A stretch of DNA of 64,000 bases. Origin: an uncultured Planctomycetales bacterium (GTDB lineage: Bacteria > Omnitrophota > Gorgyraeia > Gygaellales > Profunditerraquicolaceae). Made by a program: the position numbers and the translations under genes. The DNA lies in assembly GCA_964413025.1 (NCBI GenBank), contig CAYPRG010000003.1:1027-65026 (forward strand), written 5' to 3'. Shown one piece after another: positions 9,314 through 18,211 of the stretch (position 1 is the first letter of the stretch; every line of letters begins with the position of its first letter). Under the pieces are notes generated by a model that worked only from the letters and a program-made list of their open reading frames with translations, made no database searches and was not told the origin of the DNA.

Positions 9314-11017
9314 TTAGTTAAACGGGTTTTCAACGAGAAAAACATCTATAGCCAAGTAATCTAAGCACGCAGTTTTGAATGTATCAATGGCTTCCTTGGG
9401 TGAACAAACTATCGGTTCTCCGTGCATATTGAAGCTGGTATTAATCAGGCTGGGGATGCCGGTAATCTTGTGGTATTCTTTCAGGATTTTATAATAACCC
9501 GGGTTATCTTCTTCTTTAATCAGCTGCGGCCTGGCTGTCCCGTCCACATGCACTACCCCGGGAGAAATTTCTTTCATCCAATTTGTACAATCAACTGAAA
9601 TAGTCATAAATTTTGCCGCGCCCTCTATTCCCTCCGTATTCATGTAACACTTATCTCTAAACTCAAACAAGGTGACCGGCGCAAACGGCATATATTCAGA
9701 ACGCTTTAATTTTTTGTTTAGCCAGTCATTAGCGCTCTTGTCATTAGCCTGATATAATATACTACGGTTGCCTAATGCCCGCGGGCCATATTCCATCCTG
9801 CCCTTAAATAGGGCAACGGTCTTACCGCTAGCCAAAAGATAAGCTATCTTACCTTCAAAATTAGGCTCTTCAATATAATTCAGGCAATTTTCTTTAAAAA
9901 TACTCCTGATATGCTCTCTATCGTATTCCGGGCCCAAATAAACGTCTCTCAACTGGGCAACCTCTAAACGCCCCAAATCTCTCAAAGACGCCGGAGTATT
10001 TTCGGGCGTTGTTTTATAAACCGCAGACACAAAAGCTATTCCTCCATCACCCATATGGGGAAACACAAAAATTCGCTTAAACAATTTTTCTTTATGCAAC
10101 CGCTGAGTAACTTTAATATTAGCAAAAAATCCTCCGCAGAGAAAAAGATCCGGATAATCGTTTCCCATAACGCTGTTCTTTATAAATTTTACGGCAACGT
10201 CTTCGATTGTTTTCTGTAAAGAAAATGCTATATCTTCCTTGCGATACTTACCCAATAATTTTACGAATCTCCTGGCCCTATAGCGTGAATTAACCTTCAT
10301 CCCTGATGTATCGACCTTAAAAAAATTATTCATTACTTTTGTTAACCCGGTGTCCCTGCCAAAAGCCGCTAAAGCCATCACTTTCCCCTCTTCTCCCTCC
10401 TGAAATCCTAAGCAGGCGCAAATATAAGCATAAAAATGAGCTATGCTATCCGCATAAGAAACCTCGCTCACCCTTACTATTTTTTTATTCTTTACATTAA
10501 CAACCATTCCGGATTTTCCGTCGCCATAGGCATCCAGAGAAACCGCAAGATAGGTATCGGAATCCATGCCTGATAAGGCTGAAACAATATGAGAATAATG
10601 ATGGTCCAAGAGGTGTACCGAATGATATTTTACACCGGCCTTCCTGAGCTTTCTCTTAATCGCGCACAAGCCTAAAACCGACTCCATCTCCCTTAAAAAC
10701 GGCGTTGTTGCAATTATATTTTCTATCCGGTATGCTATTTTTGAAGATAAAGAAAGGATACCTTTAGAAGGATTAGTTTTTGCATATAAGCCGTCCATAA
10801 CCCTAAATGCCGCCCTGCCGTATTTTCCCGCGATGTAAATCTTATCTATATTTCTATCCCGGATAAAATCCTTAAGGTAACTAATAGATTTATAAGGAAA
10901 ACCATGCTGCCTTTTTTTACGGGTAAACCTCTCTTCGGAAACAGCGGCAAGCACCTTGCCATCTTCTATTAAAGTTGCTGACGCATCATGGCTATCCGCT
11001 ATCCCTAAAATTAACAT
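9314..11017 (-). CDS. Carbamoyltransferase, NodU/CmcH/TobZ family (second copy)
   Basis: Motifs present are MLILGIADSHDASATLIEDGK, EERFTRKKRQHGFP, DHHYSHIVSA, RALGNRSILYQ and VHVDGTARPQ. The ORF track extends to 11125. The Met at 11017 gives the canonical N-terminus and sits 1 nt from the upstream stop at 11019. Confidence 0.85.
   Translation of the reverse strand: MLILGIADSHDASATLIEDGKVLAAVSEERFTRKKRQHGFPYKSISYLKDFIRDRNIDKIYIAGKYGRAAFRVMDGLYAKTNPSKGILSLSSKIAYRIENIIATTPFLREMESVLGLCAIKRKLRKAGVKYHSVHLLDHHYSHIVSALSGMDSDTYLAVSLDAYGDGKSGMVVNVKNKKIVRVSEVSYADSIAHFYAYICACLGFQEGEEGKVMALAAFGRDTGLTKVMNNFFKVDTSGMKVNSRYRARRFVKLLGKYRKEDIAFSLQKTIEDVAVKFIKNSVMGNDYPDLFLCGGFFANIKVTQRLHKEKLFKRIFVFPHMGDGGIAFVSAVYKTTPENTPASLRDLGRLEVAQLRDVYLGPEYDREHIRSIFKENCLNYIEEPNFEGKIAYLLASGKTVALFKGRMEYGPRALGNRSILYQANDKSANDWLNKKLKRSEYMPFAPVTLFEFRDKCYMNTEGIEGAAKFMTISVDCTNWMKEISPGVVHVDGTARPQLIKEEDNPGYYKILKEYHKITGIPSLINTSFNMHGEPIVCSPKEAIDTFKTACLDYLAIDVFLVENPFN
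9422..9565 (-). repeat. Right arm of the 144-bp inverted repeat
   Basis: See 5224-5367. The longest perfect runs are about 29 and 38 bp. Confidence 0.9.
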
Positions 11018-11018
11018 A

Positions 11019-13232
11019 TTATAAATAGCTCTCCGGTTCGTTATAATAAAATTCCGCCCCATAATTACCCTTGGCATCCTGTTTAATACACCAGCTATCC
11101 AGCTTATAAGATGCACCCTTTTCATTTATGAACCAGTTCCGGATAACTATCTTTAAATCATCAGGTACATGCAATACCACTGTATTGTCCTCCGAGACGA
11201 GCGGAAAAGACCCCATACCGGCATTATTTCTATATACTTTTAAAAGCGGATCCGCTTTAAAACTTACCGGGTAAATCCTATCAAACCCGTCATTATCTTT
11301 GCCAAAGCTTATGAAAGCATTCAAATCAATATTCAATTCCCTCAAGTACTTAATTTCTTCTTTGTGTATGATAACGCTTACAGGAAGCTTCTCTGCCTGC
11401 CAATCTACCTTTAAATCCGTATAATATACATCAAAAAGGCTATCCTCTGCCATAAAGTCTATAGCCGGCATATCAGAATAATTAATCTTCTCTGCTGAGC
11501 CTGACAGATTACTAGCTAACCTTCCGAAATCGATTTTTAAATAACTGTATCCGGAAGTATTGTGCTCCGGATATTTTCTGCTATCTTTTAAGAAATACCC
11601 TCCCCACTGCTTATAGAAATCCCTATATTTATCAAGGCCGGGCAATCCATTCCCGGGGAACAACTTGCCAAAAACAATCTCATCTTCACGGGCTTTTCTT
11701 TTTAAATCCAGTTTATCTGCCAATCTTTTATAGTTCGGCAACATACCTATATCCAATAGAGATTTCCTGGCTAACTCATGATATACGGCAGCCTCGCTCT
11801 GGTAGAGAAATTTCCTTTTGCTAAATTCTTCATCTAAGTTAAAACTGGACAGGGAAATTAAGCGCACAAAAATAAACGGAAGTAAAAAACAGGCAAACAG
11901 CAAAGTAATCTTTTTTATAGAATATTCTTTTGTAAATACATACTTTAACCCACAGCCAAAGAATATGAACAATGGCAAAAAACCACAGATAGCTATCCTG
12001 TATTTATCGCCCTCAAGCCAGTTTCTCTGATAAGCCAAAACAAAAATAACCGATAAAAACATGACCAAAAAAGCCGATGTTAATTTTCTATTGCTATTCC
12101 ACAGCCTAAATACCCCCGCCAGGATGATTACCGAAACCAGCCATCCAAAATAGTTTAATATATTTAACAAATAGGATATTAAATTTGGAAACGGGACAAA
12201 AGGAGTCCTTCCCCATTTTGTAAATGCGTTTATTATCAAACTGACAGATGAACTCGCCTCTCCTAAGCCGTGAAGCCCATGGAAATAAAGATGCGGGACA
12301 TTAAAAGTAAAAGTTATTATAAATCCGGCAATAAATACCAGGCTCCCGGTTAAATTAATACGCCTGTGAAAATGGAGAATTGCAATAGGCAAAACAAATA
12401 GCAAAGGCAAAAATCTTAATCCTGTCCCCGAGAGGATCCCAAAAATTAAACCATGAAGGAATGCTTTACCCGGATACTTCAAAATCAGATAAAACAGCAC
12501 TGCCGAAACAGCTAATGCCATTACATTTCTATCAAGTACTTCAACCGACAAAAGATAAGGATTAAATACAGCAAAAAGTGCTGCAAGTAAAGATACGGCT
12601 TTATCCTTTATGATTTTATCAACGATGAGATAGACAAAGATAAAAATCAATAAAATAAATACTATATAGAGCAGCTTAAAACTATACAACTTAAAAATAG
12701 AAAGAGCGGTAGCGGTAAATAATATATTTCCGGGAGTAGAGATAATTCCATAAGCATCATTAACCGATGAAATACCTTTTACATCCGGGATGAATTCCTC
12801 CAGCGCCTGGAACGTTTGCATATAAAAACAAGCTGCGTCTCCTTTTACAAGATAAGACCCGAGAGATAACATAAACTCTTCGTTTGTATAATAATGATAG
12901 AAAAACGAACCTGTTAATATAACCAATACGAGCATTAAAAACCCTCTTCTTGAAATAGAAAACTGGAAGCAGCTTCCACGGATACCCCTATTCGCACGAT
13001 GAACTAACAGGCTAAAAAAGATTACCGTAGCGAAAGAAGTAACCAGGGTTAAATTATTGGTAATATATTTATTGCAGAAAAAAGCGCAGTTTATGTTTAT
13101 AAACGGGATCACAGCAAGGCTGAAGAATAATATCACCCCTGCTCTTTCCAGCCCATTATCCGGATCTCTAAGAAAATAATTCGCTGCTAAAAATCCGGAA
13201 ACCAGCATTAGAAACACAATCAAGACAACCAC
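11019..13232 (-). CDS. Large polytopic membrane protein with a soluble C-terminal domain, possibly GT-C-like
   Basis: 737-aa ORF. Roughly the first 470 aa form 12 or more hydrophobic segments. The C-terminal part of about 260 aa is hydrophilic. No diagnostic motif was recognised. Confidence 0.45.
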   Translation of the reverse strand: MVVLIVFLMLVSGFLAANYFLRDPDNGLERAGVILFFSLAVIPFININCAFFCNKYITNNLTLVTSFATVIFFSLLVHRANRGIRGSCFQFSISRRGFLMLVLVILTGSFFYHYYTNEEFMLSLGSYLVKGDAACFYMQTFQALEEFIPDVKGISSVNDAYGIISTPGNILFTATALSIFKLYSFKLLYIVFILLIFIFVYLIVDKIIKDKAVSLLAALFAVFNPYLLSVEVLDRNVMALAVSAVLFYLILKYPGKAFLHGLIFGILSGTGLRFLPLLFVLPIAILHFHRRINLTGSLVFIAGFIITFTFNVPHLYFHGLHGLGEASSSVSLIINAFTKWGRTPFVPFPNLISYLLNILNYFGWLVSVIILAGVFRLWNSNRKLTSAFLVMFLSVIFVLAYQRNWLEGDKYRIAICGFLPLFIFFGCGLKYVFTKEYSIKKITLLFACFLLPFIFVRLISLSSFNLDEEFSKRKFLYQSEAAVYHELARKSLLDIGMLPNYKRLADKLDLKRKAREDEIVFGKLFPGNGLPGLDKYRDFYKQWGGYFLKDSRKYPEHNTSGYSYLKIDFGRLASNLSGSAEKINYSDMPAIDFMAEDSLFDVYYTDLKVDWQAEKLPVSVIIHKEEIKYLRELNIDLNAFISFGKDNDGFDRIYPVSFKADPLLKVYRNNAGMGSFPLVSEDNTVVLHVPDDLKIVIRNWFINEKGASYKLDSWCIKQDAKGNYGAEFYYNEPESYL

Positions 13233-15031
13233 TATATTTTTACCTCTATTTCATTCAACAATTGCCTTGCTTCGCCATCAAGGGGATAATTCTCTATTGA
13301 TTTTTGCAATAACGCTCTTGCCTCATTTATCCTGCCTTGTTTAATATAGATCCTGGCTAGCCCATTATACTTCCTGTATTCGATATCGGGATTAATCTGA
13401 ATGGATTTTTTCAGATTATACTCCGCCTCCCTGATCTTACCCTGCTTCAGATAAAGCAAGCCCAGGCCTTCGTATGGACAGGAGTAGGTAAGATCATTTA
13501 TCTTCAAAGACCTGGTTAATAATTCTTCGGATTCCCTGTTATTTCCGTCATTTAGATAAACTGTCCCCAGGCCTGCCAAGGCGTATTCATTATCTTTATC
13601 TATCTCAAGGGCGCGCTTAAAATACTTCTCAGCTTTGCTGTATTCACCCAGCCAGTTATAAGCATTACCCATGCTTACCAGCGCGGGCATAAACAGGGGT
13701 TCCCCCCTCAAGGTCTGCTCATAATATTTTATTGCTTCCTTATGCCTGTTTTCATTGGCATTCACCCAACCCAGGCCGAGCATTGCCATAATCCTATAAT
13801 CTTCCTCTTCTTCGTTAATCTTAACTTTTATGGCATTCTCAAAATATCCCCTCGCCAGCTTGTAGTCTTTTCTGGCATTAGCGATATGCCCCATCCCGGC
13901 AAGGGTAGCGCAGCTGACTCCGTATTCCTCGATAAGTTTATTAAAAAGCTCCTCGGAAGAAGAATAACTCTTTTGCATAATCAGGATGAATCCTTTAAGC
14001 TGTAGGGCTTGCTTTTTAGTAGCAGGGCTGGCAGCGAAAGATAACGCCTCCTCAACATTCTGCTCGGCCAAGGCGAGTTTTCCGATTTCATAGTAATAGC
14101 GGGCGAGGTGATAATAGCCTAAGGAGTTGCCGGGGTCTATCTTGATCATCATCAGAAAGTTCTTTTCTGCCTCAGAAGCCTTGCCAAGTTTTTTATAAAC
14201 AAGGCCCAGGCCCTCATAAGGACAGACAATAAAACGTTTAGGCGGCTCCTTATCGATTGATTTAGTATACCACTCCTTTGCCTGGTCATATTTATACTGC
14301 CTTCTGGAAATATTCCCCAGCCCTTCATATATCCTGAATTTATCGGGGTCTACCTTAACTGCCTTCTTAAACCAGCTCTCTGCCTCGCTGTAATTACCCA
14401 TATTCTCATAGAGATCGCCAATGTCTGCATAGATATTACCATTATGGGGGTTTATCCTGATTGCTTCTTTATGCCATTTTATGGCTTCTTCGTAGTTGCC
14501 TTTTTCAACATAAAATCTGCCCAAGCCAGAGTATCCGGAACAATCTTTTGGGTTTACCCTGATTGCCTCTGTAAAAAACTTCATTGCCTCATCGTACCTG
14601 CCCATATCCTCACAAAGAATCCCTATATTTACGTAACTACCGCTGTCACGCGGATTTATTCTCATTGCTTCTTTAAAAAACTTCATTGCCTCATCGTACC
14701 TGCCCATATTTTTATAAAGGTTGGCAATGTTTGAATAAATATCCGCGTCATTAGGATTTATTTCCAAGGCCTTACTAAACCACTTTAAGGCTTCTTCGTA
14801 GTTATTCTTCTTCTCGTAAACTTTAGCAATCCCATAATATCCCCGGGAGTCTTTTGGATATAGCCTGACCATCTCCATAAAAGATTTTTCCGCCTCATCG
14901 TATTTCTTCTGCTCCAGATAATGCCAGGCAGGAAATTCAGTACCCGCATATGAAATGCCCACCGCAAAAACCATGAAAAACAGCGTGGCTAAATTTAATT
15001 TGAGCCGCCTGTATAGATGCGATAATCTCAT
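13232..15031 (-). CDS. Secreted TPR-repeat protein (subtype A)
   Basis: N-terminal signal-like segment LATLFFMVFAVGISYAG. Many 34-aa repeats follow the pattern YxxAxxxFxxAxxxxP. Two CPYEGLG motifs are present. Confidence 0.85.
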   Translation of the reverse strand: MRLSHLYRRLKLNLATLFFMVFAVGISYAGTEFPAWHYLEQKKYDEAEKSFMEMVRLYPKDSRGYYGIAKVYEKKNNYEEALKWFSKALEINPNDADIYSNIANLYKNMGRYDEAMKFFKEAMRINPRDSGSYVNIGILCEDMGRYDEAMKFFTEAIRVNPKDCSGYSGLGRFYVEKGNYEEAIKWHKEAIRINPHNGNIYADIGDLYENMGNYSEAESWFKKAVKVDPDKFRIYEGLGNISRRQYKYDQAKEWYTKSIDKEPPKRFIVCPYEGLGLVYKKLGKASEAEKNFLMMIKIDPGNSLGYYHLARYYYEIGKLALAEQNVEEALSFAASPATKKQALQLKGFILIMQKSYSSSEELFNKLIEEYGVSCATLAGMGHIANARKDYKLARGYFENAIKVKINEEEEDYRIMAMLGLGWVNANENRHKEAIKYYEQTLRGEPLFMPALVSMGNAYNWLGEYSKAEKYFKRALEIDKDNEYALAGLGTVYLNDGNNRESEELLTRSLKINDLTYSCPYEGLGLLYLKQGKIREAEYNLKKSIQINPDIEYRKYNGLARIYIKQGRINEARALLQKSIENYPLDGEARQLLNEIEVKI

Positions 15032-16518
15032 GCCTTTACTCCTGTTTCCTTCAGCAATTCCTTAGCTTCATCGCACAGAGGATAGCTGGATATTAGCTTC
15101 AAGAGGAGCTGTTTTGCCTCCCTGATCTTACTCTGCTTCAGGTAGATTCTGGCTATGCCTAATAATGCGTATTCATTATCCTTATCTATCTCCAGGGCGC
15201 GCTTGAAATAATTCTCCGCCTTGCTGTATTCGCCCAGCCAGCTATAGACATTGCCCATGCTTACTAGCGCGGGCATAAACAGAGGTTTTTCCTTGAGGTT
15301 TTTTTCGTAGCAGGCAATGGCTTCTTTATACTTACCTTCATTGAAGAGTTTCTCGGCAGAAGAATAATCCTGCCGCATAACCAGGATAAGGCCCTTAAGC
15401 TGCAAATACCTGATTTTATCAGAAGGATTCATAACCAGAGACAATGCTTTATCGATATTCTGCCCGGCCAGGGCAAGATTGCCTGTCTCGTAATAATAGT
15501 GGGCGAGGTTATAGTAGCCAACGTAGTTATATGGTTCTATTTTTACTACTGCTAACAGATTTTCCTCTGCCTCTTTAGCCTTGCCGAGTTTCCGGTAAAG
15601 CATTCCCAAATCCGTATAGTAACAAACAATTAAACAATCTTCCTTAATCGCCTTTTTGTACCACTTTATAGCTTCCTGGTATTTCCCTTGTTTCGCATAA
15701 ATTCTAGCGACACCGTCGTAACCTCCATATGCCCTTGGATTAATCCGGATGATCTCCTTATACAATCTGGCTGCTTCTTCGTAATCCTCCATGACTTCGT
15801 AAATTCTACCCAGGCCGTAATAGGAATTAGTGCTTTTAGGGTCCCTATTTATTGCCTCCCTATACCACTGGATAGCTTCATTATATTTATGCTGGTCGAT
15901 ACAGCTATCCCCCATGCCCCAATAACCTTCGGGGTCATATGGATTCACCCTGATTGCCTCTTTATTCAATCTCAATGCTTCCTCATAATTACCCATCTCG
16001 TAATAGACCCTGCCTAACCCAACGTAATTAAAACTATCTTTAGGGTCCAGCTCAATCCCTTTTTTGAACCATTTCATAGATTCGTTATAATTCCGCTGTT
16101 TCCTGTAGCTTTCCCCTATCCCGCAATAGCTAGCCCCATCATCCGGGCTTATCTTAATCGCCTCTTTGTAAAGCTCTATCGCTTCATCGTGCTTCTGGTA
16201 CTGCCGGTAAACAGCTCCCAATCCATGGTAAGCATCAAGGTTATGGGGATTTAACCGGATGGCCTCTTTATACCATTTTATAGCCTCCTCGTAATTAGCC
16301 ATGTCCTCATAAACCATGCCAAGCCCCTCGCAGGCAAAACCATCATTGGGATCTTTTCTGACTTCTTCTTTTAGATAATTAATCGCCTTGTTGTGTTTGC
16401 CTTTTTCTAGGTAATGCCGGACAACAGATTTATCATAAGCATAAATAGGCATACTGGCCAATAATACGCATATCACGGTAAAAGCTTCTATTATGCCTTT
16501 AGGCATCTTTATTCTCAT
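15028..16518 (-). CDS. Secreted TPR-repeat protein (subtype B, shortened variant)
   Basis: Signal-like N-terminus and TPR periodicity. Relative to its neighbour 16515-18197 it lacks a 61-aa block and a C-terminal block. The first CPYEGLG motif is degenerate (CYYTDLG) and the second is missing. Confidence 0.85.
   Translation of the reverse strand: MRIKMPKGIIEAFTVICVLLASMPIYAYDKSVVRHYLEKGKHNKAINYLKEEVRKDPNDGFACEGLGMVYEDMANYEEAIKWYKEAIRLNPHNLDAYHGLGAVYRQYQKHDEAIELYKEAIKISPDDGASYCGIGESYRKQRNYNESMKWFKKGIELDPKDSFNYVGLGRVYYEMGNYEEALRLNKEAIRVNPYDPEGYWGMGDSCIDQHKYNEAIQWYREAINRDPKSTNSYYGLGRIYEVMEDYEEAARLYKEIIRINPRAYGGYDGVARIYAKQGKYQEAIKWYKKAIKEDCLIVCYYTDLGMLYRKLGKAKEAEENLLAVVKIEPYNYVGYYNLAHYYYETGNLALAGQNIDKALSLVMNPSDKIRYLQLKGLILVMRQDYSSAEKLFNEGKYKEAIACYEKNLKEKPLFMPALVSMGNVYSWLGEYSKAENYFKRALEIDKDNEYALLGIARIYLKQSKIREAKQLLLKLISSYPLCDEAKELLKETGVKA
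15341..15599 (-). repeat. 259-bp near-identical direct repeat shared with 17221-17479 (adjacent TPR paralogs)
   Basis: Aligned by eye at a constant offset of 1880 bp, with 4 mismatches seen. A further identical stretch follows at the same offset (about 15658-15709 versus 17538-17589). Confidence 0.9.
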
Positions 16519-18197
16519 ATCTTGGACCCTATTTTTTTAAGTAGTTCTCTCGCCTCGCCATCCTGAGGATAATTCTCTACGGACTTCAAGAGGAGCTGCT
16601 TTGCTTCCATTATCTTGCCCTGCTTCAGGTAGATCTTGGCTAAACCGTTGTATTTCTGGTATTCGATGTTCGGGTTAACCTGAATCGCCTTCTGAAAATT
16701 TTCTTCAGCTTCCTTAAGCTTACCCTCTCTCAGATAAAGCAATCCTAAACCTTCGTATGGACAGGAATAAGTAGCATCGTTAATTTTTAAGGATTTTGTT
16801 AATAGTTCCTTGGATTGTTTGGTGTCGCCCTTATTGAGATATACGATGCCTAATTCGGCTAATGCGTATTCATTATCCTTATCTATCTCAAGGGCGCGCT
16901 TAAAATATTTCTCGGCCTGGTCGTATTCGCCCAGCCAGCTATAGGCATTGCCCATGCTTACTAGCGCGGGCATAAACAGAGGTTTTTCCTTGAGGATTTT
17001 TTCGTAGCAGGCGATGGCTTCTTTATACTTATGCTCATTGGCATTGACCCAGCCCAGGCCCAGGAAGGCAATAATTTTATCTTCGGATTCTACGCTGGCC
17101 TCTGATCTCAAGGCATCTTCGAAGTATTTCCTGGCTGACTTGTAGTCTTTTCTGGCATTAGCGATATGCCCCAGCCCAGCAAGGGTAACACAGCTGGCCC
17201 CATGTTCTTTGATCAGGCCATTGAAGAGTTTCTCGGCAGAAGAATAATCCTGCCGCATAACCAGGATAAGGCCCTTAAGCTGCAAATACCTGATTTTATC
17301 AGAAGGATTCATAACCAGAGACAATGCTTTATCGATATTCTGCCCGGCCAGGGCAAGATTGCCTGTCTCGTAATAATAGTAGGCGAGGTTATAGAAGCCA
17401 ACGTAGTTATATGGTTCTATTTTTACTGCTGCTAATAGATTTTCCTCTGCCTCTTTAGCCTTGCCGAGTTTCCGGTAAACTATGCCCAGGCCTTCGTAGG
17501 GGCAAGCATAAAAGTAATCCGCCCCTATTGATCTTTTATACCACTTTATAGCTTCCTGGTATTTCCCTTGTTTCGCATAAATTCTAGCGATGCCTTCGTA
17601 GGCTGTCTGATTTTTAAGGTCTATCTTGATTGCCTCTTTGAAGGACTTCATTGCTTCATTGTAATCAGCCATATCATAATAAACCCTACCCAGGCCTTCA
17701 TAGCTGCTGCTATTATCAGGAGCCATAGCAATTGCTCTCTCATATAATTTTATGGCTTCATCGTAATTCCCTTGTTTTCTGTAACTATTTCCTATGCCGC
17801 GATAACCGCCAGGATCGCCGGGGCTCACCCCGACTGCTTCCCTAAACCATTTTCTTGATTCATCGTATCGCTGCTGCTTTATATACACTTCACCAAGCCC
17901 GCAGTTGGCATCGAAGTTTCGGGGATTTATCCGGATAGCCTCCTTGTACCATTTTATAGCCTCTTCGTAGTCAGCCATATCATCACAGGCTCTGCCTATA
18001 GCCACATAAGCACTATCATCAACAGGATTTTCCTTGATTTCTTTTTTTAAATAACTGATTGCCTCATTGTATTGCCCGTTGTCAAGGTAGCGCTGAACAA
18101 TAGAATCGTCATAGGCGCAAGAAATCTTATTGTCAAATAATAATAATACGAGTGACAGGAGGGTTAAAACACCTTTAGGTAATTTAAACAGTTCCAT
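16515..18197 (-). CDS. Secreted TPR-repeat protein (subtype B)
   Basis: Signal-like N-terminus VLTLLSLVLLLF, TPR periodicity and two CPYEGLG motifs. Confidence 0.85.
   Translation of the reverse strand: MELFKLPKGVLTLLSLVLLLFDNKISCAYDDSIVQRYLDNGQYNEAISYLKKEIKENPVDDSAYVAIGRACDDMADYEEAIKWYKEAIRINPRNFDANCGLGEVYIKQQRYDESRKWFREAVGVSPGDPGGYRGIGNSYRKQGNYDEAIKLYERAIAMAPDNSSSYEGLGRVYYDMADYNEAMKSFKEAIKIDLKNQTAYEGIARIYAKQGKYQEAIKWYKRSIGADYFYACPYEGLGIVYRKLGKAKEAEENLLAAVKIEPYNYVGFYNLAYYYYETGNLALAGQNIDKALSLVMNPSDKIRYLQLKGLILVMRQDYSSAEKLFNGLIKEHGASCVTLAGLGHIANARKDYKSARKYFEDALRSEASVESEDKIIAFLGLGWVNANEHKYKEAIACYEKILKEKPLFMPALVSMGNAYSWLGEYDQAEKYFKRALEIDKDNEYALAELGIVYLNKGDTKQSKELLTKSLKINDATYSCPYEGLGLLYLREGKLKEAEENFQKAIQVNPNIEYQKYNGLAKIYLKQGKIMEAKQLLLKSVENYPQDGEARELLKKIGSKI
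17221..17479 (-). repeat. Partner copy of the 259-bp TPR-gene repeat
   Basis: See 15341-15599. Confidence 0.9.
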
Positions 18198-18211
18198 AGA
18201 ATAATATCCTA

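Noticed and set aside
13742-17435. Plus-strand ORFs opposite the TPR genes (13742-14005, 14444-14734, 15688-16017 and 17166-17435; also 29249-29638).
   Set aside because: They are antisense to well-supported TPR genes, low-complexity, and duplicated only because the TPR genes themselves are duplicated. They are likely spurious.
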